Origin: an uncultured delta proteobacterium
GTDB lineage: Bacteria > Desulfobacterota > WTBG01 > CAIYCZ01 > CAIRTM01
Direction: 5' to 3'
Assembly (NCBI GenBank): GCA_963804955.1
Contig: CAWDSQ010000007.1
Span: forward strand, 128,001-192,000
Length of the DNA: 64,000 nt
In this document: in pieces, positions 22,091 through 32,073 of the stretch
Position numbering within the stretch: the stretch's first letter is position 1
Layout of the letters: the number at the start of each line of letters is the position of its first letter
Notes under the pieces: model-generated
Told to the model about the DNA's origin: nothing
Database searches by the model: none
Seen by the model: the letters and a program-made list of their open reading frames with translations, nothing else
Program-made: the position numbers and the translations under genes

Positions 22091-22338
22091 ATTGCGGAAC
22101 CGCATGGAGTACTCGAAACTAAGGCGCTACGGAAAGGCTCTGGCAAAGCGTGCATGTCAGCAGGCTGAAAGTATCTCGACAATAAAAAGCACGCCAGGCT
22201 ACAATGCACCGGAAGCGGCCTGCACATGCAAGGCGGTTAGGAGCATCAATTCTGCCTTCTGCTGCGGGCTTGTAATTTAAAGTCGGAATATGCTAATAAG
22301 TATGCACGACAGTGTCCATAAACTGAAAGGAGAGAAAA

Positions 22339-22791
22339 ATGGTATCAGCAAAAATTTTTACGCCCATCGTTTTCGCACTCTGCCTTGCTTGGGGCTCTGC
22401 CTGGGCAGGACAGGAAAAGGCAACCAGCATTGTCTCCGACCAGAATCTTAAAGAAACCAAAATTATTCGACTGCATTTTATGGGCGGCATAAATCCTGCC
22501 GAACTTATCGTGAAGCCCGGCACCACGGTTGTCTGGGTCAATGACTCCCGCGCGCAGCTCGAGCTTCAATTTCAGGGCAAGCAGGTCACCATGGCATGTA
22601 AAAGCCCTGTCCATTTTTTAATCGACGACGAGGGCTCTTTCATATCAGACCGCATTCCTCCCGACTCGGTAGCAAGCCTCTGTTTTGTTGAGAAGGGAGA
22701 GTTTACCTATGTGCTTAGTAAGGTCGGGAGCTCTGCTTACACCTCACGCTCTGACGTCAATGAGTTCAAAGGCAAAATCATCGTGCAATAA
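22339..22791 (+). CDS. Secreted cupredoxin-fold protein lacking canonical Cu ligands
   Basis: Signal peptide; INPAELIVKPGTTVVWVND, GEFTY, FKGKIIVQ. Confidence 0.6.
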   Translation: MVSAKIFTPIVFALCLAWGSAWAGQEKATSIVSDQNLKETKIIRLHFMGGINPAELIVKPGTTVVWVNDSRAQLELQFQGKQVTMACKSPVHFLIDDEGSFISDRIPPDSVASLCFVEKGEFTYVLSKVGSSAYTSRSDVNEFKGKIIVQ

Positions 22792-22864
22792 ACGATTGCC
22801 TGTAATCTGCGATTAATCTGGCTGAGTACGAAAAACTGCTCACTGCTGTCTGGTGAGCAATTGA

Positions 22865-23035
22865 AAAAATCCGTGCATCCCGTTTCACCAGGTTCTTCGG
22901 ATGAAATATTCACCCGTCTCCGGCACGGCTTACAGTATCTATGTATGCCTAACGGGATTTCTCCGCCCCATGCCCTGAAAATCGTTACAGCCCTAAGGGC
23001 CCTGCCCTGAAACTATTCAGTGGAACAGCTCTCAA
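22865..23035 (-). ncRNA. Candidate structured RNA (unclassified)
   Basis: Crossing pairings 22871-22876/22923-22928 and 22877-22884/22951-22958, internal hairpin, T run at the minus-strand 3' end; no ORF. Confidence 0.3.
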
Positions 23036-23047
23036 GCTTATTATCGC

Positions 23048-23075
23048 TTGATAAAAGCACAAAATTATATATAAT
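23048..23075 (+). promoter_or_regulatory. sigma-70 promoter upstream of rfbD
   Basis: TTGATA-16 bp-TATAAT. Confidence 0.6.
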
Positions 23076-23099
23076 TCCTTAAATTCAATAATTTCTCTA

Positions 23100-23948
23100 A
23101 TGGAGTCAATGTATATGAAAGTGCTCATAACCGGTGCAGAAGGAATGCTGGGTCATGATCTCATCCGTGTTCTTGAGGGCAAGCACAACCTTATCCCCAC
23201 CACGCTGGCCTGCCTTGATATCTGCAATGCGTATCAGACAGCTGAGCTGCTGGCTTTGCAGGCTCCTGACTGTGTCATTAACTGCGCTGCCTACACCAAT
23301 GTGGACGGCTGCGAAACTGACGCAGACAATGCTTTCGCCGCAAATGCCGAAGGAGTAAAAAATCTGGCCCTTGCCTGTCGACAATCGGGAGCCAGGCTGC
23401 TGCATATCAGTACAGATTATGTGTTTGACGGAACCGGTCAGAGCCCCTATGTCGAGGATGATACGGTCAATCCCCTATCGGTCTACGGCCAATCAAAGCT
23501 TGCCGGAGAGCGCTTTATTCAGGAAATTCTGGACAATTATGCCATAATTCGAACCGAATGGCTGTACGGACGAAACGGAAAGCATTTTGTCGGCAGAATT
23601 CTGCAGCTTGCCGGAGAACGTGATACTCTCGAAGTGGTTGATGATCAGAAAGGCACGCCGACCGGCACGGCCGACCTTGCCATGGCTATTGAGGCGCTGC
23701 TTGCTGTTCCGGCCCGCGGCATTTATCATGTGACCAATGCAGGGTCATGCTCGTGGTATGTTTTTGCGAAAAAAATTCTTGCCATTGCCGGCAGCCAGAC
23801 CCGCGTGCTGCCCATTTCCTCAGAGCGCCTTGCCCGGCCCGCCCGGCGGCCCGCATATTCCGTGCTCGACTGCTCTAAATTTATTAAAGAAACCGGGCAT
23901 ATACTGCTGCCATGGGAGCAGGCTCTGGAGAACTATATGAATGCGTAA
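23100..23948 (+). CDS. rfbD: dTDP-4-dehydrorhamnose reductase
   Basis: GAEGMLG, STDYVFDG, YGQSK, VDDQKGTPT, RPAYSVLD. Confidence 0.95.
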   Translation: MESMYMKVLITGAEGMLGHDLIRVLEGKHNLIPTTLACLDICNAYQTAELLALQAPDCVINCAAYTNVDGCETDADNAFAANAEGVKNLALACRQSGARLLHISTDYVFDGTGQSPYVEDDTVNPLSVYGQSKLAGERFIQEILDNYAIIRTEWLYGRNGKHFVGRILQLAGERDTLEVVDDQKGTPTGTADLAMAIEALLAVPARGIYHVTNAGSCSWYVFAKKILAIAGSQTRVLPISSERLARPARRPAYSVLDCSKFIKETGHILLPWEQALENYMNA

Positions 23949-24053
23949 CGGATTTAAGAAGAGGTGCTCCCGGCACGGATAGGCCTTCACATCCTCGATA
24001 TTTTCTACTCTTCCGCCCTGCGCACGAGATGCGCGGCACGACTACTGTAATTT

Positions 24054-24602
24054 TCAGCGGACTATTTTTGCCGGGTTATATGTTTCAACGGATGTATGTT
24101 TCGACAACCTGCTGCGCAGCATGCCTGCGAACCGGTTCAGGGGATTGCTTCTGCTCAGAAAAGGGAAAAAAGATTTCTTGCGGGTGCCTATATTCTCAAG
24201 CTCGCGATGTATGACCATATTATCGGGATCAAGCAGCAGCCCTTTGCGAAAGGCCTGCAAAGCATCTGCGCGGCGTCCCTGCATAAGATAGACCCTGCCG
24301 AGATTATAAAAAAGATCGACAGATGTTGAATCCTGTTTAATGGCCCCATCGCACAGTTTCTCTGCCTCTTTCAGCTTTCGCATCACCAGTGCCAGCAGCA
24401 GCCCGCAATACGAAGCATACCGGGGCTCATCAGGCATGATCTCGCAGGCCCTCGAAAACAGCTTCCTGGCATCCTGCAGCTTTTTCTGACGGTAGCAGGA
24501 AAGCCCCAGCGTGAAAAGCTTTTCAGGGTCTGTCTCGTCAGTGAGCACTGCGTCAATGCCCTGACGGCTCAGCGTAATGGAGCTAAAATCGTTCACAGAC
24601 AT
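24054..24602 (-). CDS. Tetratricopeptide repeat protein
   Basis: TPR-like helices (LFYNLGRVYLMQG..ALQAFRKGLLLDPDN). Confidence 0.8.
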   Translation of the reverse strand: MSVNDFSSITLSRQGIDAVLTDETDPEKLFTLGLSCYRQKKLQDARKLFSRACEIMPDEPRYASYCGLLLALVMRKLKEAEKLCDGAIKQDSTSVDLFYNLGRVYLMQGRRADALQAFRKGLLLDPDNMVIHRELENIGTRKKSFFPFLSRSNPLNRFAGMLRSRLSKHTSVETYNPAKIVR

Positions 24603-24865
24603 GGCATATCCTCTTGAAAAATTTTATTGCAGGGTCATATCAAGAGCAGAATGAACAGCATTATTTATAAACAAAACATGCAGATCAAAGCCCTATACTT
24701 CTTTATGAAGTAATTATTTTTAACTTTATTACAAAACACTTTTTTTGTCAAACCGCTAAATCGCATGCCGCGCGCAGACTGCATGAGCCAGCAGAAAATA
24801 AAACCCCCGGCTGTCGTGCACCCCGTGTGCAGCAATCCCGCAGTTGTCATGAGACAGAATGGATA

Positions 24866-25712
24866 TTACGGCAAATCGATGCGGGAACCCTGACGCCTGA
24901 CAAGGCCTTCCTCCAGCAGTTGACAGATAACCGATTTGACTTTTTCTAAATCAAAACCAGTTTTTTTGCTCAGCATCGCTTCGGTGCAGGCCTGATGCAT
25001 AGAGCAGCGACTTGATAATCGCACCACGGATTTCCCGATTGGAACCTTTAAATGGGCTTTGGCGTGTATGCCGGGTGCTGGTGCGAGAGGGATTACCAAA
25101 GGCTTTTTTCAGCATAACCCCATAGTCCATGAGAGCATTGTACCAGCGCCGGGGATTGCGGCGATTAAGTGTTTGTTCGATAAAAGGCAAGAGGTCGGCA
25201 TCCTGTACGCTGGTATGGCCGGCAAAGAAAAAATAAATATAGACGGCACGGATATTAGTTTCAATAACGATACAGGGCTGATTATAGGCAAAAACGCACA
25301 CGGCACGTGCCGTGTAAGGGCCGATGCCGGGAAGCTGTTCAAGTGCTTCCTGCGTGTCGGGGACCTTTCCGCCGTAGCGGGTCATGATCACCTCTGCACA
25401 CCTTTTAAGTGACTGCGCCCGCCGGTTATAGCCAAGCCCCGACCATGCTGCCAGAACCTGATGCAGAGGTGCCCGGGCAAGAACGGCGGCATTTGGAAAT
25501 CTGCCCAGGAATTCTTTGTATTTAGGAAGCACCCGGTCCACCTGCGTCTGCTGCAGCATAAATTCCGATACCAGTATCCGGTAGGGATCAGTTGTGGAGC
25601 GCCACGGCAGATCACGGCCGCAGCGGCGGTAATAATTAAGAACCATCCTCCGGAAACCGCGGACACCGTCGGCGGTGAGCTTGTCGGGAGCTATGTGCAC
25701 AGGCTGTTTCAT
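24866..25712 (-). CDS. mutY: A/G-specific adenine glycosylase-like protein without 4Fe-4S motif (frameshift near 24990)
   Basis: RDLPWR, SEFMLQQTQV, WSGLGYNRRA, LPGIGPYTA HhH, ETNIR, ALMDYG. Confidence 0.85.
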
Positions 25713-25870
25713 GGTTGTTTTGTTCTACCAGCATATTAAGAATGGGACAAGAGTTCCTGAAACATAAAAGCTATGGCAAGCGCGTCGCAGACAACAGAAT
25801 AAATTTTTCCAGCCCCCTCGAAACAAGATGCTTTGCCACGATATGCACGTTAACCCGCACATTTCTTCTA

Positions 25871-25900
25871 TTGACAGAAATCCAAAGGATATTCTATAGT
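25871..25900 (+). promoter_or_regulatory. sigma-70 promoter for the cheY-cheC-PAS operon
   Basis: TTGACA-18 bp-TATAGT. Confidence 0.6.
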
Positions 25901-25925
25901 TCCTGGCACTGAATAAGCAAGGAGG

Positions 25926-26306
25926 ATGCTGGTGGCCACAATTCTTATCATTGATGATTCCCGCTTCACCCGTTCAAACATTGCAAAAGCACTGAGAAAC
26001 AATCACTACGAAGTGCTTGAGGCAGACAACGGCGTTGTGGGCCTTGACATGATTATCAAGCACAAGCCCGACTTCGTCATAACCGACCTGCTTATGCCTG
26101 AAATGGACGGCTTTGAGCTCCTGGAAAACCTGCGCAGCAGAGGCATTGCCGTACCGGTCATCGTTATGAGCGCAGACATTCAGGAGACAACCCGCAGGCG
26201 AATTCTGGAGTTGGGGGCAAAAACACTTCTGAACAAACCGTTTCAGGGAACAACACTGCTTGAAACCCTTCAGAATCTGGCCGCGTCAGAAAGCCCAAAA
26301 ACATGA
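25926..26306 (+). CDS. Single-domain response regulator (CheY-like)
   Basis: IIDDS, TDLLMPEMDG, MSAD, NKP. Confidence 0.92.
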   Translation: MLVATILIIDDSRFTRSNIAKALRNNHYEVLEADNGVVGLDMIIKHKPDFVITDLLMPEMDGFELLENLRSRGIAVPVIVMSADIQETTRRRILELGAKTLLNKPFQGTTLLETLQNLAASESPKT

Positions 26307-26917
26307 AAAACTTCACTGCGCTGGAAATTGATACGCTGACGGAAATTATCAATATCGGCATCGGCAGGGCGGCAAGCGCCCTCAACGATATTATCGGCAG
26401 CCATATCCAGCTGAAAGTGCCCAGCATTGCCATGGTGCCTCTGGATGCACTGCCGCAAACCTTTCAGCACATGGAAAACAACCTCGTCTCTTCCGTCATG
26501 CAAAGTTTTCAGGGCGATTTCACAGGGTCGGCAGCCCTTCTTTTTCCGCCTGAAAGTGCGATCCAGCTGGTGTCGGCCATTACCGATGATGAGATAACGG
26601 CAGCAAATCTCGACACAGTACGCAGCGGCACGCTCATGGAAATCGGCAACATCATCATCAACAGCCTGCTCGGCACCATGTGCAACATGTTAGAGTGCAA
26701 TCTAAACTTCTCCCTGCCTGAATACCGTGACGCCAGGGGTCTGACCGATCTCATCACGTCATCTCCGACGCTGCATGGAGAAGTTGGCATGATAATGCTC
26801 GTAGAGGCAAACTTTCTCATAAAGACCCTGAGCATCAGCGGCTATATACTGGTTATCTTTCGACTGGAAAGCACAAAGCTGCTTCAAAATATGATAACCA
26901 GCATTCCACAGAAATAG
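26303..26917 (+). CDS. cheC: CheC-family phosphatase
   Basis: Two ExxN motifs: EIINIG and EIGNII. Confidence 0.85.
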   Translation: MKNFTALEIDTLTEIINIGIGRAASALNDIIGSHIQLKVPSIAMVPLDALPQTFQHMENNLVSSVMQSFQGDFTGSAALLFPPESAIQLVSAITDDEITAANLDTVRSGTLMEIGNIIINSLLGTMCNMLECNLNFSLPEYRDARGLTDLITSSPTLHGEVGMIMLVEANFLIKTLSISGYILVIFRLESTKLLQNMITSIPQK

Positions 26918-26924
26918 CTTCCGC

Positions 26925-27998
26925 ATGAACCGAGAAAACGACTTTTCCTTTGAATTCAGCCTGCTGGATCAGGTGCCTTTCGGCGTCTGCATTGTTGAAA
27001 AAGGCTATAACGTGGTGTTCTGGAACCGCATTCTTGAAGAGTGGACAGGCATTGCCCACGGCGACATCTGCGGAACACCCCTTGTGGAACGATTTACCCA
27101 CCTTGCCGAAAACCGCTACCTCAAAAGGCTTGAGGCAGTGCTTGAAGGAGGGCCGCCGGTGATTTTCTCACCGCAGCTGCATCCGCATTTCATCCCCGCC
27201 CCGCTTCCCGGAGAACGGCAGCGCGTGCAGCAGACCATCGTCTCATCCATACCGCCGCGGCAACAGGGCGTGGGCCGCAGGCTGCTCATCACCATAACCG
27301 ATATGACCCAGCCCGTTGAGCAGCTCCTTGAAATAAGCAGCCTGCGGGAGCAGGCGCTCAGCGAACTTGCAGAGCGCAAGCGGGCGGAAAAAAACCTGCG
27401 CGCCTCGGAGAAACGCTTTCAGGACATCGCTTTAAGTTCTGCGGACTGGATATGGGAGATGGATCAGCAGTGCAATTATACATTCGCAACTGAAAAGGCC
27501 AAAGATATTCTTGGCTTTGACCCTGAGGAACTCAAGGGCTTCAATTTTCTTGATCTGCTCACATCGCAGGAGAAGCTGCACGCGCTTGACACCTTCATGC
27601 ATGCCGTTGCCCGTCGCCAGCCGTGGGTTGACATCGAGGCCTGGCTGCTCACAAAAGACGGCCGGCAAATCTGCCTTCTGTTCAATGCCGTGCCGCTGTT
27701 TGACGACAACGGCGCGCTGCTGGGATACCGCGGCGTTGCCAAGGAAATCACCGACCGCAAAAACGCTGAGGCCGATCGCGAAAACCTCATCAAGGAGCTG
27801 CAGGAAGCCCTGAAAAGCATTAAAACCCTGCGGGGGCTGCTGCCCATATGCGCCAGCTGCAAAAAAATACGCGATGACAAGGGCTACTGGAACGGCCTTG
27901 AAACCTATATCCACCAGCACACCGAAGCCGAATTCACGCATGGCATCTGCCCCGAGTGCATGCGCAAGCTCTACCCCGGAATGTTTGAAAAAACCTGA
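26925..27998 (+). CDS. Double-PAS sensor protein with C-terminal four-Cys tail, no kinase domain
   Basis: PAS motifs (WN..LE.WTG; DWIWEMD; EITDRK); tail GLLPICASCKKIRDDKGYW...HGICPEC. Confidence 0.85.
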   Translation: MNRENDFSFEFSLLDQVPFGVCIVEKGYNVVFWNRILEEWTGIAHGDICGTPLVERFTHLAENRYLKRLEAVLEGGPPVIFSPQLHPHFIPAPLPGERQRVQQTIVSSIPPRQQGVGRRLLITITDMTQPVEQLLEISSLREQALSELAERKRAEKNLRASEKRFQDIALSSADWIWEMDQQCNYTFATEKAKDILGFDPEELKGFNFLDLLTSQEKLHALDTFMHAVARRQPWVDIEAWLLTKDGRQICLLFNAVPLFDDNGALLGYRGVAKEITDRKNAEADRENLIKELQEALKSIKTLRGLLPICASCKKIRDDKGYWNGLETYIHQHTEAEFTHGICPECMRKLYPGMFEKT

Positions 27999-28032
27999 AG
28001 CAGAAGATCTACCGCTGCCATCCTTTTGTCAT

Positions 28033-29481
28033 TTACTTTTCCTGACCGCGTGTCCGCACCTGATAGCGAACGGTGACCATATCCTGCGCGTCCGCAGCAA
28101 ATTTTGCCGACGCAGGCTGCGCAATCACGCGCGCCTTGAGTTCGCCGCTTTGCGTTATGCCCGTCCAGCGGCACCTTTTCAGTATAGAGAGCGACATCTT
28201 TTCCATGGCATGCTTGCCGCTGCTAATATCAATTTTGGCGGGCTCAACATCGGCTGTGACCATGATCAGATTCTCGGGAAGTTTTCCTGCCCAATCGACC
28301 TGCACCGGAACTGATTTTTCTTCAAGCTCATCAAGGGTGATCTCAAGTGCAGCCGGCTCGACCTTTTTTAGATAGACCCCCGGCGGCAGGGCAACCTGCC
28401 CCGGTGAAATGGACAGCCTGTTGCGCCCGACCGTTGCTTCCCCAAGGTCAATCTGCACGCGCACCTGTTCAGGCTGCACCGATTTCAGCAGCGTACCGGA
28501 ACCGCTCAGCTGCAGATGAACGGTTGATGCTGAAGCGTCGATAATATCGATAGGCCTGATTGCGATTGGTAAACTCAAGAGGAACATCGATGCCCATAAG
28601 GGTATCGCCGCTGCGGGTAAAGATGAACCAGACAATGGCCACCGTAACAAGCGATGCCAGTGCGGCAAAGCGGAACTCGCGTCTGCCGCTTCGCTGGGGG
28701 TGCCTGTGTTCATCAAGCCCCATCAGATGATCCTCAAGCAGCTCTGCAAGTCGCTCCCAGCCCGCTACGCGCTCGACCTGATCGCCTTTTGCAACCGAAA
28801 CCTCGCCCCGCTCCTCCGATACGACGACCACCATGGCATCGGTCTGCTCGGCAAGACCTGCTGCGGCGCGGTGCCGCGTGCCGAAAAATGAAGGCAAATC
28901 CGAGCGGCTCGACAGCGGCAGCACGCCGCCAACCGTGGTGATCCGGTCCCCCACGATGATGGCGGCGCCGTCATGGACAGGATTATCATCCCAGAAAATA
29001 CTCATCCAGCATCTCCCGCGAAACCAGCCCCTGCCAGGCAATGCCGTTGCGGATATAATCGGCCAGTTCGTCTTTTGATTGCAGCACGATGATCGCGCCT
29101 GTTTTTTTGCGTGCAAGCTCGAATGCGGCATCGGCAACAATTCCTATCGTGCCGCGCATTTCGCGCTGGGGAGATCCCCAGAAAAAAGCCCGCAGGTTGC
29201 GCACCTGGAGCACCGAGCGGATTTCGTTGCGGAATACCACGATGATGATGAGTGCCGCAGCTGCGGTGATGCCCTGAATGGCCCAGCTCGTAATAATGAG
29301 GCCGAGAAATTCGGCAATGCTCTTGGCAAGCAGCAGCAGGGAAATACCCGACAAGCACGCGCCAGACTGCCGTGCCGCGGAACAGGACATACAGGCGGTA
29401 CAGAATATAGCTGTTGAGCAGAATGTCGACAATATCCTGCCACCTGATGCTTTTTAAAAAGACTGCGAGAGACTCCGCCAT
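28033..29481 (-). CDS. Membrane diadenylate cyclase (DisA_N/CdaA-type) fused to YbbR domains (several frameshifts)
   Basis: N-terminal TMs, VFRNEIR, TGAIIV, PVHDGA and GTRHRAA catalytic motifs, VSEERG; then a TM and YbbR-like VPLEF..N / LPPGV..VEP repeats. Confidence 0.85.
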
Positions 29482-29486
29482 TGCTT

Positions 29487-29879
29487 TCAATCCGTCACGC
29501 TGAACCGCACGACATCCAGCCGCTTGTTGTCGGCCCCTAGAATTTCAACCCGCCAGGGACCTTTGTCGGTTTCGCGAAGCTGCATGGTGGAATAGATCTT
29601 CCAGCTCGGCGGCTCCAGCACGAGCCTGCGCTTGGCCACAAGCCTGTCGCGATGATACCAGACATGAAAAACCGTGGCCTTCACCGGCACGAACTCAAAA
29701 TAGCAGAAACAGAAAATCTTGCCCTCGGACGCGGAAAAAACAACGGCCCTGTTTTCAGGCCCGGCTTCGGAAATCTGCTCGCACATATAGGCTGCAGTAA
29801 GCCGCAGGCCGTCCTTGGAAAAAGCGGCCGCCGGAAGGCAGACAAGAAAAAATACTGCAAGGATAATAATTTTTTTCAT
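29487..29879 (-). CDS. DUF2914-like secreted protein
   Basis: Signal peptide; IFCF, HVWYH, W.IYS, GPWRVEI. Confidence 0.75.
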   Translation of the reverse strand: MKKIIILAVFFLVCLPAAAFSKDGLRLTAAYMCEQISEAGPENRAVVFSASEGKIFCFCYFEFVPVKATVFHVWYHRDRLVAKRRLVLEPPSWKIYSTMQLRETDKGPWRVEILGADNKRLDVVRFSVTD

Positions 29880-29970
29880 GGCACGTGTTATTCTACGAGT
29901 CGATAAGAGTTAATCGTCAGGTTCTCAGAGCGGTGCTCAGCATGCACCATCGGCTGTTGAGCTTTGATCA

Positions 29971-30811
29971 TCAACCCTTGACCGCTGTCGATGTGCGCAG
30001 CTCGTTGCCGAACCAGACCACCCGCTGCGGAAAGGGTATTTCCATGCCCTCCCGCTCCAAGCTCTGTCTTGATGCGCCACAAAAGTTCCTTCTTTGCGCC
30101 GTACCACTCGCCCACTGGCGCCCAGATGCGCACGGCGATATTGACGCTGTTGTCTCCCAGCGTCTCCACGAACACCACCGGCTCCGGGTATTTCAGGGCA
30201 AACGGATATTCATCGATCACGCGATTGATGACAGCAATGGCCTGGTCGGCGTCATCGCTGTAGCGGATGCCAACGGTATAGTCGATGCGGCGCACGATAT
30301 GGTTGACATAGTTTACGATGGGCGCCGTAAAAATTTTTTCATTGGGAATGCGCACAAACAGCCCGTCAAAGGTGCGCAGCGTGGTGGAGATTATGCGAAT
30401 GTCCTCGACAAAGCCCGCAAAGTCGTTGATGCTCACCTGGTCGCCGATTTTTATGGGCCGCTCGATCATAAGGAAAATACCCGAGATGAGATTTCCGACG
30501 ATGCTCTGGCTGGCAAAGCCGATGACAACGCCGGCGATGCCGCCGGCGACCATAAGGCCGGAAAATTTAAACCCGAGCTCGCCCAGGGCATAGATCACGG
30601 CCACGGTCATGATGGTCCAGTTGATGAGCTTGACGGCAATCTCGAGATTGTCTTTGCGCAGCTTGTCCTTAAATGCCCGGCGCATATAGGCCGACACCAG
30701 CCGCGCCGCAATAAACGCAGCCGCCACCACCGCCACAGCCACCAGCGCATCGGCAACCGACACCTTTTTATACAGGTGCATGTCAAGCAGTTTCAGTATC
30801 CACGCGTTCAT
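29971..30811 (-). CDS. mscS: Small-conductance mechanosensitive channel (frameshift near 30050)
   Basis: GFASQSIVGNLISG, ERPIKIGD, IPNE, LGDNSVN; corrected end EIPFPQRVVW. Confidence 0.9.
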
Positions 30812-31520
30812 AGGCCGTCCGTCATTGTAAATTTCGGAAAAAGCACAACAAGCTTGCGCGCCGTATACAGCTCCAGGGATTTGCTCATGTGCTGCTCCAG
30901 GGGCATGTCCCTGAAATCGGTATTGGCCGTTGTCGCACCCGTCACTTCCATATCGGCCCGCATGGCAACCAGCCCGTCGCTATAGTACAGCTTCATGCCA
31001 TAGGCGCTGAATACAGCCTTGGTTACTTCAACCCACGACCCGGTAGCGTTTACAATCTTCAGCTCCATGACCCCCTCGCGCAGCCTGTCCGGCAGAGGCT
31101 GCAGCGGTTTCCACGGGGGTGCTCCAGTAGCGGCACAGCATGCCGTTGCGCGGATCGCCGTACAGCGTGTACTTCTGCCGCGCCAGGGTGAATATATCAA
31201 GGGTTTCGATCTCGCCATTGTCCTTGCAGAAAAACGCCGATCTCAACCGGAAATGTAACAAACACGGTGCTCGTTGATTTGGGCGCAAGAGCAGCCGGTC
31301 GCTGAAAATCAAGATACAGGTACGGGGTCAGGTCGCGAGGCAGGTTGAGGGGCTCGACCGGATTGATGACAATGCTGCCCCGGCCACCTCCCAGCAGCAG
31401 CTTTTCAGCCTTCTCCTCACCAAGCTGCCGGCGGTACACAATGGCATCGCCTCGCCGCTCGATGCTGAGGCTGATGCCTTCGGACTCAATATTTAAAGGG
31501 ATATCGTAGGTGCCGTACAT
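30808..31520 (-). CDS. DUF432-family protein (frameshifted)
   Basis: YRR, INPVEPLNLP, FPVEIGV, KYTLYG.P..G..CRYW, MKLYY. Confidence 0.75.
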
Positions 31521-31691
31521 GAAAAAATAATCCGTAATTTATCTTTCTTGCCAGATTAACACACTTTTCCGCACCGTTCACCATATTTCCTCGCCGCCTC
31601 ATGATTCGCGTCTTTTTCAAGGCGATTGAGAAGCCGGTCATAGTCAAAATTCCATGCAACCACCTGAAACTCTTGAAACGGCACCATATTC

Positions 31692-31964
31692 TTGTTTTTG
31701 CAAAATAAATGCAGCCGTAGTTATAATTACACTTTTGCAAACCACATAGCCGGAAGGGTTCGCAAGGCCCGTGCAAACGGAAGTCCCTTTATCGTCGTTC
31801 AGGGCGATCAGGCCTATTGCAGCAGGTTCGGCTTTGTACCGGCCTCTGCCTATGGCATCCACAGCCCCTATCCTGACGACAATTTCATGGTGCTCTTCCT
31901 GCACCAGAGGCCAGCGCAAATCCCTGAAACGGCCTATTACACAAAAGAATTCGATGGGCTCTGA
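31692..31964 (+). pseudogene. C-terminal fragment of a YhbS-like GNAT acetyltransferase
   Basis: VVQGDQAYCSRFGFVPA..YGI..P...FM...YYTKEF; no N-terminal half. Confidence 0.55.
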
Positions 31965-32073
31965 CCGCAGAAAGAAATTCCCATGAAACCTGTATGTGGT
32001 ATACTGAATGTACGTTGAGCAGTTTTCAGACATCAGGGCCACAGCCCGTACCGCTTCAGGAGCACCAGAACGC

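Noticed and set aside
22960..23015. FMN riboswitch (TTCAGGGCAGGG on minus strand)
   Set aside because: Lacks ACCGGCGGT, AGCCCGCGA and GTCTGGATG cores, and there is no downstream minus-strand gene
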